A stretch of 61,583 nucleotides of DNA, the filler included, from Sphacelaria rigidula (taxonomy: Eukaryota), in NCBI GenBank assembly GCA_964200075.2. It is 8 parts of 8 records of this genome, joined end to end, with 100 filler letters (N's around TTAATTAATTAA, not from the genome) between each part and the next. Parts side by side here need not be neighbours in the genome. Positions count along the whole stretch, not along the records: positions 1 to 7,612 come from CAXNAA020014095.1; positions 7,713 to 15,323 come from CAXNAA020014096.1; 6 more parts are not named here. One strand, 5' to 3'. Within the stretch, counting starts at the first letter, position 1, and every line of letters begins with the position of its first letter. This document shows, piece after piece, positions 1 to 13,524 of the stretch. The translations under genes and the position numbers were made by a program. The notes beneath the pieces were generated by a model. The model was given only the letters and a program-made list of their open reading frames with translations. It was not told the origin of the DNA and did not search any database.

Positions 1-6
1 TATTAT

Positions 7-69
<63 letters not shown>

Positions 70-140
70 TAGTAGTGGTATAAGAGTAGTAGGAGGAGTG
101 GCAGTAGGAGAGTAGTAGCAGAAGCAGAAGCAGCAGTAGT
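7..140 (+). repeat. (TAG)n microsatellite, decaying to (GCA/GTA)n
   Basis: Direct reading of the sequence. Confidence 0.95.
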
Positions 141-622
141 GGCAGTGTGGTCGTTGTTCCCACCGCTGCTGCGGTCGCTGCTATCATCCCCACGGCAAAA
201 AGAAATGGTGCACGGGACACAGAAAAACTGGTCGTCGTTCAGTTGAAATCTTCCACCGAGTAGTCACAAGCGAGCTAGGTGAACATCAACGCAATGTCAA
301 CCGGGTGTAAGGAGCACATGTGGTCAGCTCGTTTATTTGCAGTAGTTTGTTTTTTCAAATACCGTGACAGGCTGATTCACGCTTATTATGTGCCAAAGTT
401 CACTTATTTGTAAATGCTCACGAAGGTTATTGGGGCTCGACGGAAACTTACACACACATATCCTGAGGTTATGACGAAAACTTTAAAATAATGATATTTT
501 GTTTCGCCCGCTATCGGGGTTTCCAGAGTTTTAGGGGGATTTGGGGGGGATAACATGTTCATCCGGGACCCCCGATAACGAGCGAAACAAATAGGAAAGG
601 CTGTTCTCCGAACGTTTTGCGA

Positions 623-628
623 TGTTGC

Positions 629-710
<82 letters not shown>

Positions 711-733
711 ATTGTTGTTGCTGTTGTTGTTGT
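623..733 (+). repeat. (TGT)n microsatellite; an (AAAAC)n tract lies at about 850-878
   Basis: Direct reading. It explains the poly-T and poly-C ORFs at 404-811 and 617-949. Confidence 0.95.
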
Positions 734-1825
734 CTCCACATCAGAAATCGTTCCGATATTTGTGCGGTACGTCCATCCTGGGCATCTGATGCAGACGTCT
801 TCCGTGGTCACAGGCTAGCTACCCATAAAAAGTATGAGGCAATCAAACGAAACAAAACAAAACAAAACAAAACAAAACAGAGCCAGAAAAAAACTCACAA
901 ACGCGATACATGCAAAACAGGAATAAATAACAAAGAAGAAAGAGAATAAAAAGGGCTGATCTCAAAAGATCGGTGCCGCAGGTTGCCATTCGGACTTCAC
1001 GGGGTGGCGACCGACTCTTCAACTCGACGAGCGTGTAATGACCCGTAGTATATCTGAGAAAATGTCTAGAGTCTAGCTTCAAGGATCGGCGTGAGCGTTT
1101 GCGCCCTTGTGCGATGAAGTGAGATCGAAAGATACAAATTCACAACTACTTGGATTCAGCAGATAGGCGGTTTCTCCGGTACGTTTAGCTTTAAAACGAC
1201 TCCATGACATCAGTTTCTTATTTACGATACAGAACTTGGTACAAATGTTCTTTGAACTACCCCAGGACGCGTACATCTTCATTTTTATGTTGAGGAATCG
1301 TTTACTGGCTTCCGGGGTCTTCACGTCGGGCCCCCCGAAAGCCGGCGAACGAGGGGAATCTTTGGATAATTTTCTCAATACATTTTTTTGAAGCATCAAC
1401 ACCTACCGCATAACCACGGCTAAGGGCGAGCGGAGATTTTCTACAGCAGATGTGAGGGAAACCGTCATGACGCTTTCTGGGCGTTCGTTGCAAATTATCA
1501 GTGGAAATCCGGCGATGTCAACACTCCACATCACTGGAACAGCACGGTATGGGATGCAATTCGATCTTATAGTAACTTTTCCCGTTAGATTTTCGAGCTG
1601 ATGGCAGTCTCTACAATTTGAAGTAGGCAGAAATTGGATAGGAACTGGGTCGGGAATTTGTATTTGAATTTCAGACTATTTTAAGCGGCGCTGATTGATC
1701 GAGGTACCCTTTCGCCCTCAGCATCCCCCCTATGGCCTTAGACACGAATCCGGCTGTATCACCCTCTTCAGTTGTCCATGGCGGTCAGTATGATACCGTG
1801 TATGCCACTATTCAGTAGCTATTGA

Positions 1826-2829
1826 TAGATGATCCTCAAAAATGAGGTTGTACATTGAAAGGAGTTCCAACTCCAACACAGTGGTTTTCCTGACCTGAAG
1901 TCATGACAAAAAACTATCATATGGACCACCTAATGCCCCCCGACCTCCCTGAAACTAGTTTTGGGGTTTCCCCGTCTTCCGTTTCCCCAAAGAGTATGCC
2001 CGAAATCACCCTTTTGCCTCCATTTCGAGGTGAAAAAAGGGACGCCTTTAGCTCGAAAATACTGATTTCGCACATACATACCCTTTGGGGTGTATTCATG
2101 ATCTTGCAAGCCATATTCATTCATGACCATCGACCTCGCATCCCTACAAAGCCGGGACGGAGCACGCTGGGTTTTCGCCGGACCACGCTCGCCACCAATT
2201 ACCAAGCGCGAAGAGCTGTAATGTGTTCGGCGAGTCGCATGAAGGGTGCGCTGCATCCTGCTAAGATTGTTCGGCCCGAAGCCTACTGATTATCTCACAT
2301 TTGTATTTGTACGACAGCCTCCAATGAGTTGCTTCACTTTCTGGGATCGTCACTTCCAGAGACAGCCACGGCTTACGCACTGCCTCCTGGAGGTCTCGCC
2401 ATTTAAACACTACGTAGCACGACCATCCTCTTTGCGCGGAGTTCATGTTCTCCTCCCCCGCACAACATGAACTGGCTCGACCACCATCATGGTTACCGCA
2501 AATAAACGCAAGCGCTCGAAAAATACTGGTAACCTAGTTGCCTAGCTTTCGCAGTGAGTGGCGTGTTTTACAGGATCATTGCCAACCGATGCCAACCCCC
2601 TAGTGGGTTCGTCCCTACAAGGCCGGGACAGAGCACGCCGGGTTTTTGCCTTACCAGCATACACTTGGGGGAGCGGAATACGGGAAATCCCAAATGATAG
2701 TTTCAGAGAGGTCGAGGAGCATGAGGCCGTCCATAGGAAAGTCATTCGTCATGAGTTTAGGTCAGGGAAAGTACTGTTTTGGAGTTGAACCTCGTTTTGA
2801 TGTTCAACCCCATTTTCGACGATAACCTG
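1826..2829. mobile_element. Old foldback/MITE (arms about 1826-2000 and 2657-2829), hAT-like ends, interrupted by a retro-type repeat
   Basis: The reverse complement of 1831-2000 aligns along its length with 2657-2823 (e.g. AGTTTCAGGGAGGTCGGGGGGCATTAGG vs AGTTTCAGAGAGGTCGAGGAGCATGAGG). Ends are TAG/CTG and 8-bp flanks GCTATTGA/ACTAGTGT match 5/8. Confidence 0.7.
2087..2656 (-). repeat. Interspersed repeat 'B' (about 570 bp, ending CATGAGTACACCCC consensus), copy 1
   Basis: Collinear with 21078-21630 and 46719-47015. It has an internal direct repeat of about 44 bp at 2142-2185 and 2613-2656. Confidence 0.85.
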
Positions 2830-5800
2830 ACTAGTGTAAAGGGTATTTGCTGATTAGCAAATTTGCAATCAAAACCGCGAACCAGTCTATATCCAGCAAC
2901 TACCAATCTTTCGTGTGGCATACGGGAACAAAACCATGAAATTTTCACGTAAATATGCATGTGTGGAATAAGTGCCACTCAGCCAGGATGCGCGCTGACA
3001 GGCAGTTGCGTTTTCTGCCCCGTCGGGAGGATTTGATCGCGAGTAGGACTGCACCTCAGGGCGCTCCGCATTTTGTGTTGTGGCAGCTTCGTTGGGGTCG
3101 AGAGACAGGCTAGACTCCATCAGTGACACCGGCATGCATACAAAGACCGACGGGTCACCAGCATGAAAACTAATTCTAATCTGGTCAAAATTCCTTGATG
3201 TGACAAACACTAGAAATGAAAGATGTTGGACTTAATGTCGAACGCGTGCGTACGGGAATAGTCATCACATTTTGGGTCCACTACCCCCTGTCTACCCTGG
3301 CAATCATTCTCGTTTCTATCTGACGCTGTTACGTGGTGGTTTGAACGACAACGCTTTTCGTGTGAGCTCGAAGCAAAGATGGCGTCTGAAACTGTAGGAT
3401 TTCCACGTGTTTTATTTCGTGTGGACGCATGTTGTTCTTCGTACTCACATCGCGTCGCAAATGACAGGTCACCTTCTCCGATGCCGTCGTAGTTGATGAC
3501 GGAGGGTCTCCCCAACTCCTCCTGGCGACAGGGGCCATCAGCCGCCCGGCGACGTTTTACGCGGGTAACGGAACATCGACGTTGACGTTTCGCTCCACCG
3601 TCGAGGTGCTCAAGTGATTTTTGTTCTTGTTTCAGATCGCATCGACACCGTAGCTCAGGCAATGAAGTGGGTCGATCTGGAGCTTTAGTTGATGATGGAT
3701 AGTGTTAGCCCTCGCCAACATCGTGTGTTTTTGCGAAAATAACCGTGATCCTGTGGTATCTCATGCCGTTTGAATCTCCCCGGGCCAACGAGGCGATGGT
3801 AGCGCCACAATTTTGAAAAAATAGCAATGAAAATGCTTGCATATCCTCTGGACGGAATATTGAACAACGGCCCTCTGGGTCAGGCACCTAGTAATCCTGT
3901 TGGCTGCGCAGTAATCCATTTCAGTCGATAACTGCCGATGCCAAAGTTCGAGAGTCGATTTTTTGTGAGTTAACGAACTATCCTTCAGCAATGATTCGCA
4001 AAAGCTTTACAACCAAGGGGGCTTTCATGTGGTTACAGCTTCTGTATCCATTCTCATGGGTTGGTGCACGTGCCTCCGAGATTGGTTTGCTTTTCTTCAC
4101 TTTGACAGGAGGGGGTCAACGGACAACACACACATAGCGTCAGCACTCCTGAATCCCGTTGCTGTTGTTACCCCCGGTGTGTACCAAGCATGGAAAAACT
4201 ACCCCCTTTTCAGTGTACTGTATCGCTCGTGCATCACATCGCAACAGCCAGGTCAAGCCGGCGCTTCATGTATTTTTCGAATCTGATACAAACACATATC
4301 TATAGATTCATATCGGCATTGTTTGGTCGGTTGATCGGTTATCACATGTTAACCCATCCGCTCCGATTTCATTCGTGGTCGCAGTTGTGCTCCTACCGTG
4401 AACAAGCGAAGGCACTCGCCAAAGGAAAGAAACTGCAGACAAAAGAAAGAAATCGAAGAGCGGAGGAAAAACAAGAGTAGTCTATAATGAAAAAAGCAGA
4501 AGGAATAGGTAAGGAAAAGCAGAGAAGGAAAGGAAACGGACACCAGGGCAACAAAAGCTGAGAACTAGCACCAGTCCCTAATGGGCCGCGAACAGGACGC
4601 CGACACGAAAGGCCACGCAACCACGGCTCCACGTTTTTGGCAGTAACGTTCGCGCTAAGGTCCATAATTATCGAAACTGTTTTTTCGGATGGTCGTCTCA
4701 TACGTTTGCAGTTGGTCGTTTCAAGCACAGCTCTGCATTAAAGATCTTTGTGTTCAATACGGCCCTGCTTGCGGAAGCCAACTGCCCGCAGTGAAAGCTT
4801 ATGGTGGGCACTGGGTAGGTTCTCGGCGTCCTCCGAGCGCTGTGCTCCCGTAGAATACCCCCACACAACAGCTTATACCTTCGCTGAGGGGCATTCGATA
4901 TTGGCAAATAGTAATAAACCCGATGTGACTTCCTGGTCGTCGTGGAATCGCCCCCATAGTTCGCAATGATCCAGCTGTATCCGAGGTTGCGTGTCATCGT
5001 GAATCACACGAATGACCTCGATTATCTACGCTAGAACGCCGCGACGGGCAAGATATGGACATACATGTTAATACGTGTCATATATATAAATATATATATA
5101 TAGGTGTGTGTATAAAATCAAGTTGATGCAAACATACTGCAAGCTAACGTTCTGAGGGTTAATATTTCGAACGGTCGCTTAATCTTCCTAAGTTCCACGT
5201 GAGGTCGTGCTCTTAGCCTGTGACTGCGCTGGTATGTGTACTATCAGAAGATGTAAACTGGTGCAATTCAGTTACTGGCTGAAGCTGGAAAAAGAGACAG
5301 AAGATTTGTTTTGTTCGTGTGATGATACTCACGACTTTGAAGTGTGTATTCGATGCATGAATTGGCCTTGGGCGGTCGCCGGAGGCGCCAAGAACCCCAC
5401 CCCCACCCCGCAGGGGCCGCCGAAGGTCCCCTCGGAAGTCGACGATTATAAGAGTAGAAGGCCATTTTTCGCCACTGTGCTTTCATTTGTGATACGCTGA
5501 CCGTCGTCCAAGCACGTGGGCTCTAATCGAGGAAATCTGAACACGTAATGTACACACGCACGAGACACACCCTTAATGGTGTTTTTTTTAGTGGAGGATT
5601 CGCGCGTAGGACGTTTCACGACAGTGTTCAAGTCGACACACCATCCCCATGTCCTCAATTCTGAATAAATAGCGCACTTTCCACTGCCTCAAGCCCCACC
5701 CGGAACAAAGCACGGCGTGGAATCAATTCGCCTACCCACTAGTGGCTTCAGCGTTGTATTTTCCTATGTGGTGGCCGTTTCGGCCCCACAAACCCACCAC

Positions 5801-7612
5801 TTCATCAGCCTCATGTGTCTAAACATTCGGCGGTAGCTAAAACTGACCTCGGCGCAATCCGATCCTTGATCACCAAAGCGCCTTAAACTCGGCGCGCCGC
5901 TGCAACATCGCATGGACTGACACCCCTTGTGTGTGTATCTCAATGCAGTATGTCTCACGTAATGAAGTGTTCATCGACGGCGTCGGTGTCGACTAGCGTG
6001 GGATGTAGGAGGCGCGAGCCTCACTCCGTGTGAGGTTTTGGCGGCGGTTCCGCGTTATTCGGAGTCGTCCTTCGATGGTGCCGCGGTCGGGAGAGTTTTG
6101 AGTACCCCCGATCACGGGAACTTGTGGAGTATAACCTAACCATTCACGTGGTAGGCCCCTTCATCACTCTTTCCTCCTCGTGATTCACGACATATAAAAA
6201 CAAGGGACAAAAACGCCGTCATTGCGACCACACACTGCCGTAACATCGTAGAAGGTGCCGTGAAATACCACGGCATTAATCAGGTCTGTTATACCGCACT
6301 GTAGTTTTTATCTTCTATTTTGGCGTACCCACCGCTTTGTGCTGACCACCGCTACTACTGCTATTGGATCATGATTTCGTTTGCTGTTGCGGGCGCAAAG
6401 GAAGGGGACTTGACAGCGTCGTTGGCTCCTTATTCTCGGACAGCACTCACGCGGAACGGCGGGTTCGTGCGCAGCGCGAACTTCCATGCATTCGTTGACG
6501 CAGATCTTCGGCTTCCCGCCAGGTGCTCCATGGCTAGATGAGATCATTGAGTTGGATCCCCCATACAGTCGTGCCCCCCTCATAGTGCGGTCGGTTCCAC
6601 AGATCAGCCTCGGTCGCACTTGGTGATAGAACCCTTCGAACGTCATCCAGTGTTGCGTAGTTAGCTCGAAAATACTTCATCGCGGACTGGACTTGCCAAT
6701 GACGAGAGTGATTGCTCCCGCACTGAATCGTGAGTGCCCCGCGCTTTGAGGCACCGCGCTTCATGACATGATCGCGATTGTAGATAAGGAGTGGAAAATA
6801 GTACCATATTATTCGGGAATGTGTGATGGGGTTGACCACAATCAATAGTTCATTTTGCGTTGTGCGCTGAGGGACCTGGAGATAGACGCTTCAAGCGTAA
6901 TTGAGTGCTGCACGTGTACAACAGATACATGGACGGGTTGACACGTTCTTTTGGTTGTGGGCACCTCAAACCTTTACATGCCTGCTGTGCAGAACGTAAA
7001 GCTGATCAAGGCTTGTGTAAGTACACGTACAGACACTGCGCACTACATCTGTCAAGTCGCCGTATGCAGGCAACACAGGGTGTGACAATGATCAAAACAG
7101 GGGCAGAGGTCGAATATATCTTCGTCTGTTGTTCTTGACTGGTATTGTTTTTATCACCAACACGTTCGCTGATCATAGATACATCTCGAATACCCTGCAT
7201 GGATACATGACATCATACCGTGTCATGTATCAAGGTCTGTATACCCACATCGTATGATGCCGTCACTTACATTATACGTGTGGCGGAGTCAGAGGTACGC
7301 CACATTCCATTGTCGTTGATAACCTGAAACCGCCTGCTGCCACAGTGACACATCATAGAGTTGTGCGATGCCTATAGCTTAGGCCAGCGACATCCACATA
7401 CGTACGTTGCCTCACAGTTCGGGAAACTACTCGACGGACGGCAAAGCGATTGTGATCGACACATCTACACCGCAGGCAAGAAAAATCACAAGAAAAAATC
7501 AAAACGGCAGCGGCGTGAGAGGGGGGGGGGGGGGGGGGGGGTTCACAGTAGGGCGGGGGACTAAAAAATAAGGAGAAGAAAAATATCCCGGTGATCAGGA
7601 AAACCCTGTCAA

Positions 7613-7712
7613 NNNNNNNNNNNNNNNNNNNNNNNNNNNNNNNNNNNNNNNNNNNNTTAATTAATTAANNNNNNNNNNNNNNNNNNNNNNNNNNNNNNNN
7701 NNNNNNNNNNNN
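7613..7712. other. Artificial 100-bp contig spacer N44-TTAATTAATTAA-N44; also at 15324-15423, 23034-23133, 30744-30843, 38454-38553, 46164-46263, 53874-53973
   Basis: An identical linker with stops in all six frames, recurring every 7710-7711 bp. Confidence 0.98.
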
Positions 7713-10700
7713 AGTAGCATCGTCATGAAAGCACAACAGACAGGGCATGTCTAGCCTACACACGGCGTAGCCACTACTTATTCGCCCTTCGAAGCTCAAC
7801 TCCAAGGAATCTTTTCATAGTACACGATCCCCTCCAGGTGTGTCAGCGCACCAGGAAAACACAGAGAATACAAGGGGTCATACAAGCAACAGATGGCGGG
7901 GAATCGAGCTTCGTACAAGCCGTCCTTGTCGGTCGGTCCGTCCCTGCGAAGAGCGCATGGTAAACCCGAACATCACGGTGATGAGGGGGCACTTCGAAAC
8001 GGGCCAGCATTTGTCGCTGTGTCCAGGCTTTGACGTCTTTGTCCGGATTGCTTTTAAGTGTCTTTCTGGGGTAGCAGCTATGGTGCACGCAGTATTAAAT
8101 GCCTTCCCCGGTGAAAATAGATGACGAGGAGTGTGTGTTATCGACGTTTGACAACGATTTCGTGATGTTGAGAGCAGAGCGCTGATTGAGAGTGGCTTGA
8201 ATCATTCGCTTCAACTTAGACAACTTTTCCTGCCGTTTGCGCTCTTCTTCGTGTCCATCACTGGCGTGTGCTTACATCTATACGTCGATATTCCACTCAG
8301 GGATATCAAGGGCCTCAGTGCCAAGCTACGACAGAAAGCATATCAAGCCTCATGGAGGGGCATTTCGGAACTGAAACGATTCATTCACTGATTGACTCTC
8401 AATCGTATCCTTTACTCTCAATCTCACGAAAACATTGTTGTTTGTATACTGAACAATGCAGATCGCCATCTCTTCTGGATACCTGGTGCGCAATTCATTC
8501 CAATGACTCAACAACAAAACTCTAGCGAACTCGGGTCCAATTCCAGCGGAGAGCAAAGCCATTCAATCACGCTAGATAGCGCCTTCGCTGAAAACAGAAA
8601 AAAACAAGCAATCACATCGAACCGAACTGGAAAAAACGCTGCCTCCATATCGATATGATGACAATACTGTAGTGGAGTCTACACGATGCTGTTAGAGCAT
8701 GGTCTTTCAGAAATACTGCAGCGGTTTGGGCTAGCGATGAGTAATCTGATCACACTATAGTGGGACCGCCGTCAAGTATGCGTGGAGGCGTGCGTGATGA
8801 ATCTACAGAGATAGGCGCCTGCCCTGTGCGTATCTCAGTACTTTGAACCGCGCATGTCATTTTTGTCAGAGATAGTTTCGTCCTTGAGTCTTGGCCAATC
8901 TATTGTTCATGATGACTTTGTTGGCCTTATATGTGTCCCCGAAGGCATTGGCGGCTTTGGGCCTCGTTTCTCTAGGTGTTGCGGTGGAGATGAGATCTGG
9001 CGAGTATCGCTGTATCGAGACAGCTCAGCGACATTCACGGTTGTACGTTGTAGTTTTGGTCGCTGTCGCATGACAGTAAGGTCTCGACAAGCCTCGCCGG
9101 ATTGCTCACCAAGGCGAATGGAGGACCGGCGTACTCATCACAATCTTAGAAAAACAAAGCAGCAGTGTGTCTCTGCTTGAATGCGACTGCAGAGACCTGA
9201 GAGGACTCGATCCCCATGGAAATGTCAAACCTGACGCATACAGAACTTGCAGTAGCAGGGTATTTCCGTTCGCACAGCGCTCGTTTCCTAGAAACAAATG
9301 AGTCTATCGTCGCCTCCATCTGCAAAAAATTGTCATGAATAAATAGATCCCATCGTTCATGATGAGCCCATCTGTTGCTACGGAAATAATCGGGCACGAG
9401 TATGGAATGGAAGCCGAGAACCAACCCGAGATCCTGTTTGTGTCGAGTGTGATCTTTGCGCGGACAGCCCGATCGAAAATCGACAGGAGAGGGGGCGATT
9501 AGTTCTTCCGTGGTCGCCTCCGTTCGCCAAAACGGCAACGAAGGTATCAAAGCACCAGGAGCCTAGCTCGTCCCGTTGCTCAATGGCAGAACCCTCGCGC
9601 GCGCGGTGCGATATCTGAATGTGCAATCTCTGCCCGGACACTCGATGGGTGATGACGTGTGCTGTCGTGGAAGAACCCGATTGATATCGCCTTCATGCGT
9701 GACAATGGTGACATTCGAACCCATTGCCACAACAAACTTGGCTTGACTTGGGAGAGATCGCATTAGAAGTGCGCACATTGGTGCGGAGGAACATCACGAA
9801 ATCCCGTGCATTGGTTGTGCGGTCCCTGCGAGGACAGTGCGCTCAGCGATGAGGAGAGAAAGTAAGATCTCTGTGGTCGCCGCATACTTCGTCGAGACGG
9901 CGACGGCGGAATCGATTCCGGCACCAACGCCTCGACTACAAGGGAAAGTCTCAAGTCCTGAAGATTAAACCCACTGAGCGCATTCGCTCCGAATCTCAGC
10001 GCGAAAAGCCCACCCCGATCGATGATGGGATGGTGAGGACCCCGGCTTTCTCTGTGGTGCCCTACGCTCAAGACTGTGCTGTCCAAATTCATCTCCGCGT
10101 CTTACACTGTGATACGATCCAACTGCCGTCGCGGAACCGCACCACCAACGCGTGCTTACGTCACGAAACCGAGATATGCGGATGCTCGTACGCGACCCAT
10201 CAGGAAATAGTTGTCATCGTGCTTCCCCGGTGGGGTCCATGAGCCAGAGAAACGTCATGAGCAAGAAATAAGGCTCGCACATCTTGTGACGAAACCAGTT
10301 GCCCTCGAGGAGATCAATCGCACGTCGACCCCCGGCGGAGTCTCGGCGCTGAGAGAACATTCCGACAAGGCGGGGATTTCTTGGATGGGCCCAGATATTA
10401 GGTTAATGCGTAGGCGTGCGTTAGTGCTGGGTGTTTGGGGTTGAGATGACGATATAGTGCTTCTGTACTGTGAGCATACCCTCATGGCGGAGTTATGTGT
10501 TTGGAGGTGCGGTCAGATAACTTGCTACACCAGTGTCAGTGAGGCATGGTTTCCACGTGTTCAGCACGCGAGTGCAGGGAAATACCTTCAGCAGGGCCAG
10601 CTGCTCACTTGAAACGTGTCATTACGGTTTGTCGCTAATCGGCTTTGACATTCTCGTCTATCTGTAGATAAAGTGAGACAAGTTGAACTCAACCCTTTGA

Positions 10701-10827
10701 CCGTCGGGGTGGGTCATGTGGGTCTTGGATTCATATCTCGAGTGAAATAATGCGAATCCAGCAGGTAACCAACCCACCCTGACTGTCAACAGCTTATGAA
10801 CACTGCTAACAATGCGTCGATTGTCAC

Positions 10828-12056
10828 CTGTCGAAGGTCGAGGGTAGCTTCCGTGATGACAAATATGGTCAAACAGGCGAAAGCGGTGATGAGCGTAGTG
10901 CAGACGCCCATTACCGCGGCCTTGGTCTTCTCTGGCACGGCCTTCTTCATCCAGGCCACGCCGCACATCGATGCCGACAATAGTGCCTGAAACAAATATG
11001 GATGATGACGAATTGAGGATAGGACGGTGAACAAAAAAGAATGCACCGTCAGAAAAAAACATTTCCAGGATTATCCTTCCTACCAAGTACATGTTGGATG
11101 TCCCATGCTGACAGAAAAAAAACAGCTTATGCTGAGTGAGTAACGTTTGACTATGCTCCGGTAATTCATGGCAAAGCAGGAGGCAACAGCATTAGTACGG
11201 CCATAGGATATTTCTCCGCACTAACGCTGCATACCGACGGGCAGGTTACATACACACCCGGGTGGACAGAAATCGATGTGCACCCTTGAATCATGACATA
11301 TATACGTGGAGGTTCTCATGCCGTGTACGCGGTTGTGCGCGCGTGTGATGCATGTGTGTTCATAGTTAGCACCACAGACACATAATACCCAAACTGTCAA
11401 GAGAGCATTGACCCTTTTGCCACCGGGATACGTCAAACGTTGGATCGGCATTGGTAATGCCTATTTGAAGAATGAGTGATGTCCACCACACCCACCCAGG
11501 CGGCCATTGGGTTACCCCCAAACCCACTCCCATGACCCCGTAGAATGCGAGTTGGTAGAGTTTATCTCCAAACGCTACCTGCGTTGAGAGGAAATCTATG
11601 CCAGCATATTTGAGGAGGTTAAGTGTACATTTTGGTCAAGCACATTGATTTGTAGGGGGGGTGTCAACTGTATATGTTGCACTTCACGTTACAGTCGGCG
11701 TTTTATATTGCATCTGGGTTTCGTGCGTTGGTATAGTGCAAGTCTGGCTAGGTGCGATGGCGGTGTATGCATCTGGACTGTGCGTGCATTCATGAGGTGA
11801 GCATCTAACCCATACCCGTTTCGAGTGTAAAACATGAAAGTACTTGCGCTGATCAGGCGTTGGTAATGCATGCCATATGCGTGTGAATCCGATAGCATTG
11901 GTAACGAGTGAAGAATTTCAAGAGAGGAAAGTGCACTATTTCTCGGCCATGGCGTCGTTGTGTACATACCTCATCAAAGACAGAAGATGCTTGGAACTCA
12001 GAGAACTTGACATGAACTCGAAGAATGTCAAAAAGGTTCGTGTGGATTGTGAGTAA
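10828..12056 (-). CDS. Two candidate internal exons (12056-11970, 10986-10828) of an unknown gene, the second with a hydrophobic segment
   Basis: cag|LLTIHTNLFDILRVHVKFSEFQASSVFDE|gtatgt and tttcag|ALLSASMCGVAWMKKAVPEKTKAAVMGVCTTLITAFACLTIFVITEATLDLRQ|gtgaca. Both are phase 0-0 and open. No family recognised. Confidence 0.5.
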
Positions 12057-12699
12057 CTGCCGAGTTCGCAGTGTTGTGCCAAAAAAGGGGGAAAGTCGGA
12101 TGGGAACATTGTGGTCGGTTGCAAGCCTCATTCGTAACCCAGTTCACCCAGCCAGGGAACCTCCCAACGGATAGGAACGGGCCGAAAAGGCGACATCGCG
12201 GCGATGCTGTGTTCAAGGCGGACCTCTCGGTGCCAATATCTGTTTGAAAATGTGTCAGTTTCTCGCGTTTGGGCGTGTTACTGTAATGCCTGGGAGGACC
12301 GCGTGCTTTTTGGACCACATAGGAATTCGAACACTCCAGGATCGACGTTTTCCAAGACCGCTCGGGCCAGCCCTTGCAGGGACCGCGCCCCTGACCCTGA
12401 TCCCAACACTAACCCAAACCCTAACCTTAACCATGGGGGTTGTAACTCCGATGCGGGCCATAAAGCGCGCGGTCCCCTCACACATTATATCTACTAGTTT
12501 AGTGTCGTTCTCTTTGGGTTCCATGTGCTCACAACGGTACGCCGCTACTGTAGGTGGCGATCACGCTGCGTGCTTACGGGCCTTACGACATGAGAGACAT
12601 GGGCGGCACAGCTGTTGATGTACCCATACTCGTATCTCACACACAAAAATCACTCCTATCAATTGGTGAACCTGCCATACTACACAACGCGATTGTCTG

Positions 12700-13524
12700 T
12701 AGAGATGTGCTCCGCTCCGTCCGCTCCGTCCGCTCCGGATCCGCGGATTTGATTTTTTTCTTCGTATTTTGGACATTGCGACAGAACATGCTCTGGCCAT
12801 GAACGAGAACCCGCTCAAGTGGTGGGCGCTGAATGCGCCCAGGTACCCACTCATTGCTTATGTCGCTCGGAACGCCCTGGCTGTTCCGGCATCGTCAGGT
12901 CCCTCAGAGCGAGTGTTCTCGTAGAGCAGGCTTATCATGACACAACAAAGAAACAGCTTCAAGCCGGATTGGCTTGAGACGCCGACGTTTCTCAGGAGTT
13001 CTTGGGAGGCGGCCGAGAAGTTTGCTCGATTAACACTCAATTGAAGAGGATCCGACAGAGTCGTTGCCACCAGTATAAGGTCGTGAGATCGAGATGGAGC
13101 AAACGATGCGATTGGTTATGAAGCACATCACATGCGTACTGTGGTTTTTAGTGGCCTTGCAAAAGTTAAAAGTTGGACGCCGTGGTCGGACTTGGTTTTC
13201 CCGTTTTGTCCTGGAAAAGGCGTTCATTCTCGCATATCGCTGGCACAATGCGTGAATAACGACGACAATATTTTTCACATGTTTATTTGATTTGTGCATC
13301 TGACTCGTGCTACGTGATCCAAGGCTCCACTACCGCTTTCAGGCATGCGCAACATGCATGTGGGGAAAGTTAAAAATATCCATGGTTCGTTTTCCTCGAA
13401 ATCAGTCTGCATATTGGACATCAGGATATCCGCCACTTTCTTCAATGCGCGGATCGATCCGGATAAGGCTGCCAAAAATCCGAAATCCGCTCCGTTTGAA
13501 ATATTCAAACGTAGCACATCTGTC
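12700..13524 (+). mobile_element. Non-autonomous hAT DNA transposon (825 bp, internally deleted)
   Basis: Imperfect TIR TAGAGATGTGCTCCG / CGTAGCACATCTGTC. Perfect 8-bp TSD ATTGTCTG at 12692-12699 and 13525-13532. Subterminal TCCGC/TCCGT repeats and an internal transposase remnant are present. Confidence 0.93.
12799..13044 (+). pseudogene. hAT transposase C-terminal dimerisation-domain remnant
   Basis: MNENPLKWWALNAPRYPLIAYVARNALAVPASSGPSERVFS*SRLIMTQQRNSFKPDWLETPTFL matches the hAT dimerisation pattern (WW...YP...A...LAxPASS..SERxFS...RN). It has an in-frame stop. Confidence 0.92.

Noticed and set aside
404-949. Poly-Thr and poly-Cys ORFs
   Set aside because: They are translations of the (TGT)n microsatellite.
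3210-3662. 150-aa ORF as the last exon of the 10828-12056 gene
   Set aside because: It lies on a different assembly fragment across an artificial spacer and has no recognisable domain.
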